Shown here: piece by piece, positions 62,837 to 64,000 of the stretch | Position numbering within the stretch: the stretch's first letter is position 1 | Layout: each line of letters opens with the position of its first letter | NCBI GenBank assembly: GCA_964342405.1 | Contig: CAYFGX010000013.1 | Span: 87,098 to 151,097, forward strand | DNA length: 64,000 bases | Reading direction: 5' to 3' | DNA from: an uncultured Verrucomicrobiota bacterium | Lineage (GTDB): Bacteria; Verrucomicrobiota; Verrucomicrobiia; Limisphaerales; AAA164-E04 | Made by a program: the position numbers and the translations under genes | The notes under the pieces: generated by a model | Seen by the model: the letters and a program-made list of their open reading frames with translations, nothing else | What the model was told of the DNA's origin: nothing | Databases searched by the model: none

Positions 62837-64000
62837 ATGAGTGATTCGACAGGCCTTTTCCCTGCTTCAAGACGTGTGGTCTACTACCGTCGTCTTGCGT
62901 TGGCTGTCGTCCTGATTGCGCTCCTTGGCCTGCTCCATGAATACAATCCGACCCGTCCGCCCGTGTATCGAGCGACGGCAACCCTTCAAATGGACGTGAC
63001 GCCGATCTCGGAGGCCAGCATTGTGTCCGCGGAGGCGCTCGATCGGAAAGACTTGGAAACCGCCCGGCGACTCAACACGCTGGCTGCTACAATGCCCAAC
63101 ACCGCTCTGATGCGGAACGTGATTGAGGAGCATGGTCTCCTGAACCGTCTTGATTCTACTGACGGAGGTCTTGATGCCAGGGAAATGGATTCTTTGGTTC
63201 TCGAGTTGATGTCAACGGTTCGCAGCTCTGTGCGGAAGGGGACTCACCTCGTCGATATTTCAGTGACTCACGGCGATCAGAAATTTGCCGAGAATTTGGC
63301 CAACTGGGTCTCTGTTGGCATGATCCAGCAAGATGTGGATCGCAAATTTGCCGGAAGGCGCTCGGCGTTCGATGTGCTGGCCAGGGAAGTGGAGAAACTG
63401 AAGACACAGCGGAATGAGGCAGAGTCTGCATTGATGGATTTTCGAGAACGTCTCAATCTAGCCATTCCCATGGAAGAGCAGGAGCTTGTGCTCAAGCGCG
63501 GGCTAGAGAGTTTGAGGCAGCAAGCGACAGATTTGAGTATCCTGAGAGACCGGCTGGAGAGTGATCTTGAAATGGTGGCTCAGTTCGGCGAGAAGCCAAC
63601 GCTTGATCGGCTTGAAAGTGTCGTGAGCGTCTACGACGCCGAAGAGGTTAGGCGGATACGGGATCTGATTGCGGAGCACAGAGAAGCCTTGTTGCTCATT
63701 GAGAATGACCAAGAGGACTGGCTCACCGCTCACAACCTGGCTGCCGATACCCTTCAGGAGCAGTACGTTCGTGAAGTTCGAAAGGCGGCTTCAGGACTGA
63801 AAATGGAGCTGGAGCGGTTGGGAGCGAAAGACGAGGGATTGAAGCGACAGACCGTCAAAGCGGAAGCCGAGATGTTGGCTTTTGCAGACCGGCGAGTGGA
63901 GTATGACATCCTCGCTCGAGACGTTGCTGCGAGCGCACTCCTCTTTGAATCTGTGGCGGATCGGGTCGAAGAATTCGACCTTTCCGAAGGACTCGGGGAC
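62837..64000 (+). CDS. second, paralogous PCP/Wzz-like chain-length determinant protein (3' partial, runs off window)
   Basis: ATG at 62837 opens a frame with no stop to the window end. N-terminal TM (LALAVVLIALLGLL), YRATATLQMDV and LMRNVIEEHGLLNRL parallel the upstream paralog. Not in the ORF track because it lacks a stop codon. Confidence 0.6.
   Translation, partial: MSDSTGLFPASRRVVYYRRLALAVVLIALLGLLHEYNPTRPPVYRATATLQMDVTPISEASIVSAEALDRKDLETARRLNTLAATMPNTALMRNVIEEHGLLNRLDSTDGGLDAREMDSLVLELMSTVRSSVRKGTHLVDISVTHGDQKFAENLANWVSVGMIQQDVDRKFAGRRSAFDVLAREVEKLKTQRNEAESALMDFRERLNLAIPMEEQELVLKRGLESLRQQATDLSILRDRLESDLEMVAQFGEKPTLDRLESVVSVYDAEEVRRIRDLIAEHREALLLIENDQEDWLTAHNLAADTLQEQYVREVRKAASGLKMELERLGAKDEGLKRQTVKAEAEMLAFADRRVEYDILARDVAASALLFESVADRVEEFDLSEGLGD

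Noticed and set aside
1-64000. Looked for CRISPR arrays, IS elements, integrases or recombinases, and toxin-antitoxin pairs
   Set aside because: No regularly spaced direct repeats, no transposase or integrase motifs (DDE, tyrosine recombinase RHRY), and no small paired ORFs with TA-like features were seen by eye.

Overview
About 56% GC window with a Planctomycetes/Verrucomicrobia-type gene content: two PSCyt1/DUF1549/DUF1553 plus Tat-DUF1501 pairs, PEP-CTERM and exosortase-locus-type chain-length determinant proteins, and many secreted multidomain proteins. The window is dominated by a single 23.9 kb ORF (29227..53124, GTG start) encoding a 7,965-aa secreted giant protein. That protein has 10 tandem [right-handed beta-helix (Pmp/GGAI-like) + Ig-like] units, 8 HYR domains, three FG-GAP/VCBS propeller regions, a discoidin domain, cadherin-like domains and a C-terminal dockerin-like module. 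It is bracketed by a LuxR/NarL-type response regulator upstream and a convergent NarL-type sensor kinase (periplasmic Reg_prop/Y_Y_Y propellers) downstream. A PEP-CTERM protein overlaps the giant stop by 8 nt (ATGAATAG), suggesting translational coupling. Further right lies a CARF-sigma54 activator RtcR with no rtcBA in the window. A near-consensus sigma54 -24/-12 promoter points away from rtcR toward an atypical tRNA-like gene (nominal anticodon AUC) and an SPFH/band-7 gene. Other content includes an OMF-MFP-RND efflux operon whose TolC-like protein carries an N-terminal periplasmic-binding-protein-like domain, scattered Fe-S assembly genes (hscB, iscA-like, iscU), PBP2-type transpeptidase, a cyclophilin-FKBP fusion PPIase, a CRTAC1 (ASPIC/UnbV) protein, an MFS transporter and housekeeping/hypothetical genes. 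No CRISPR array, IS element or integrase was seen.
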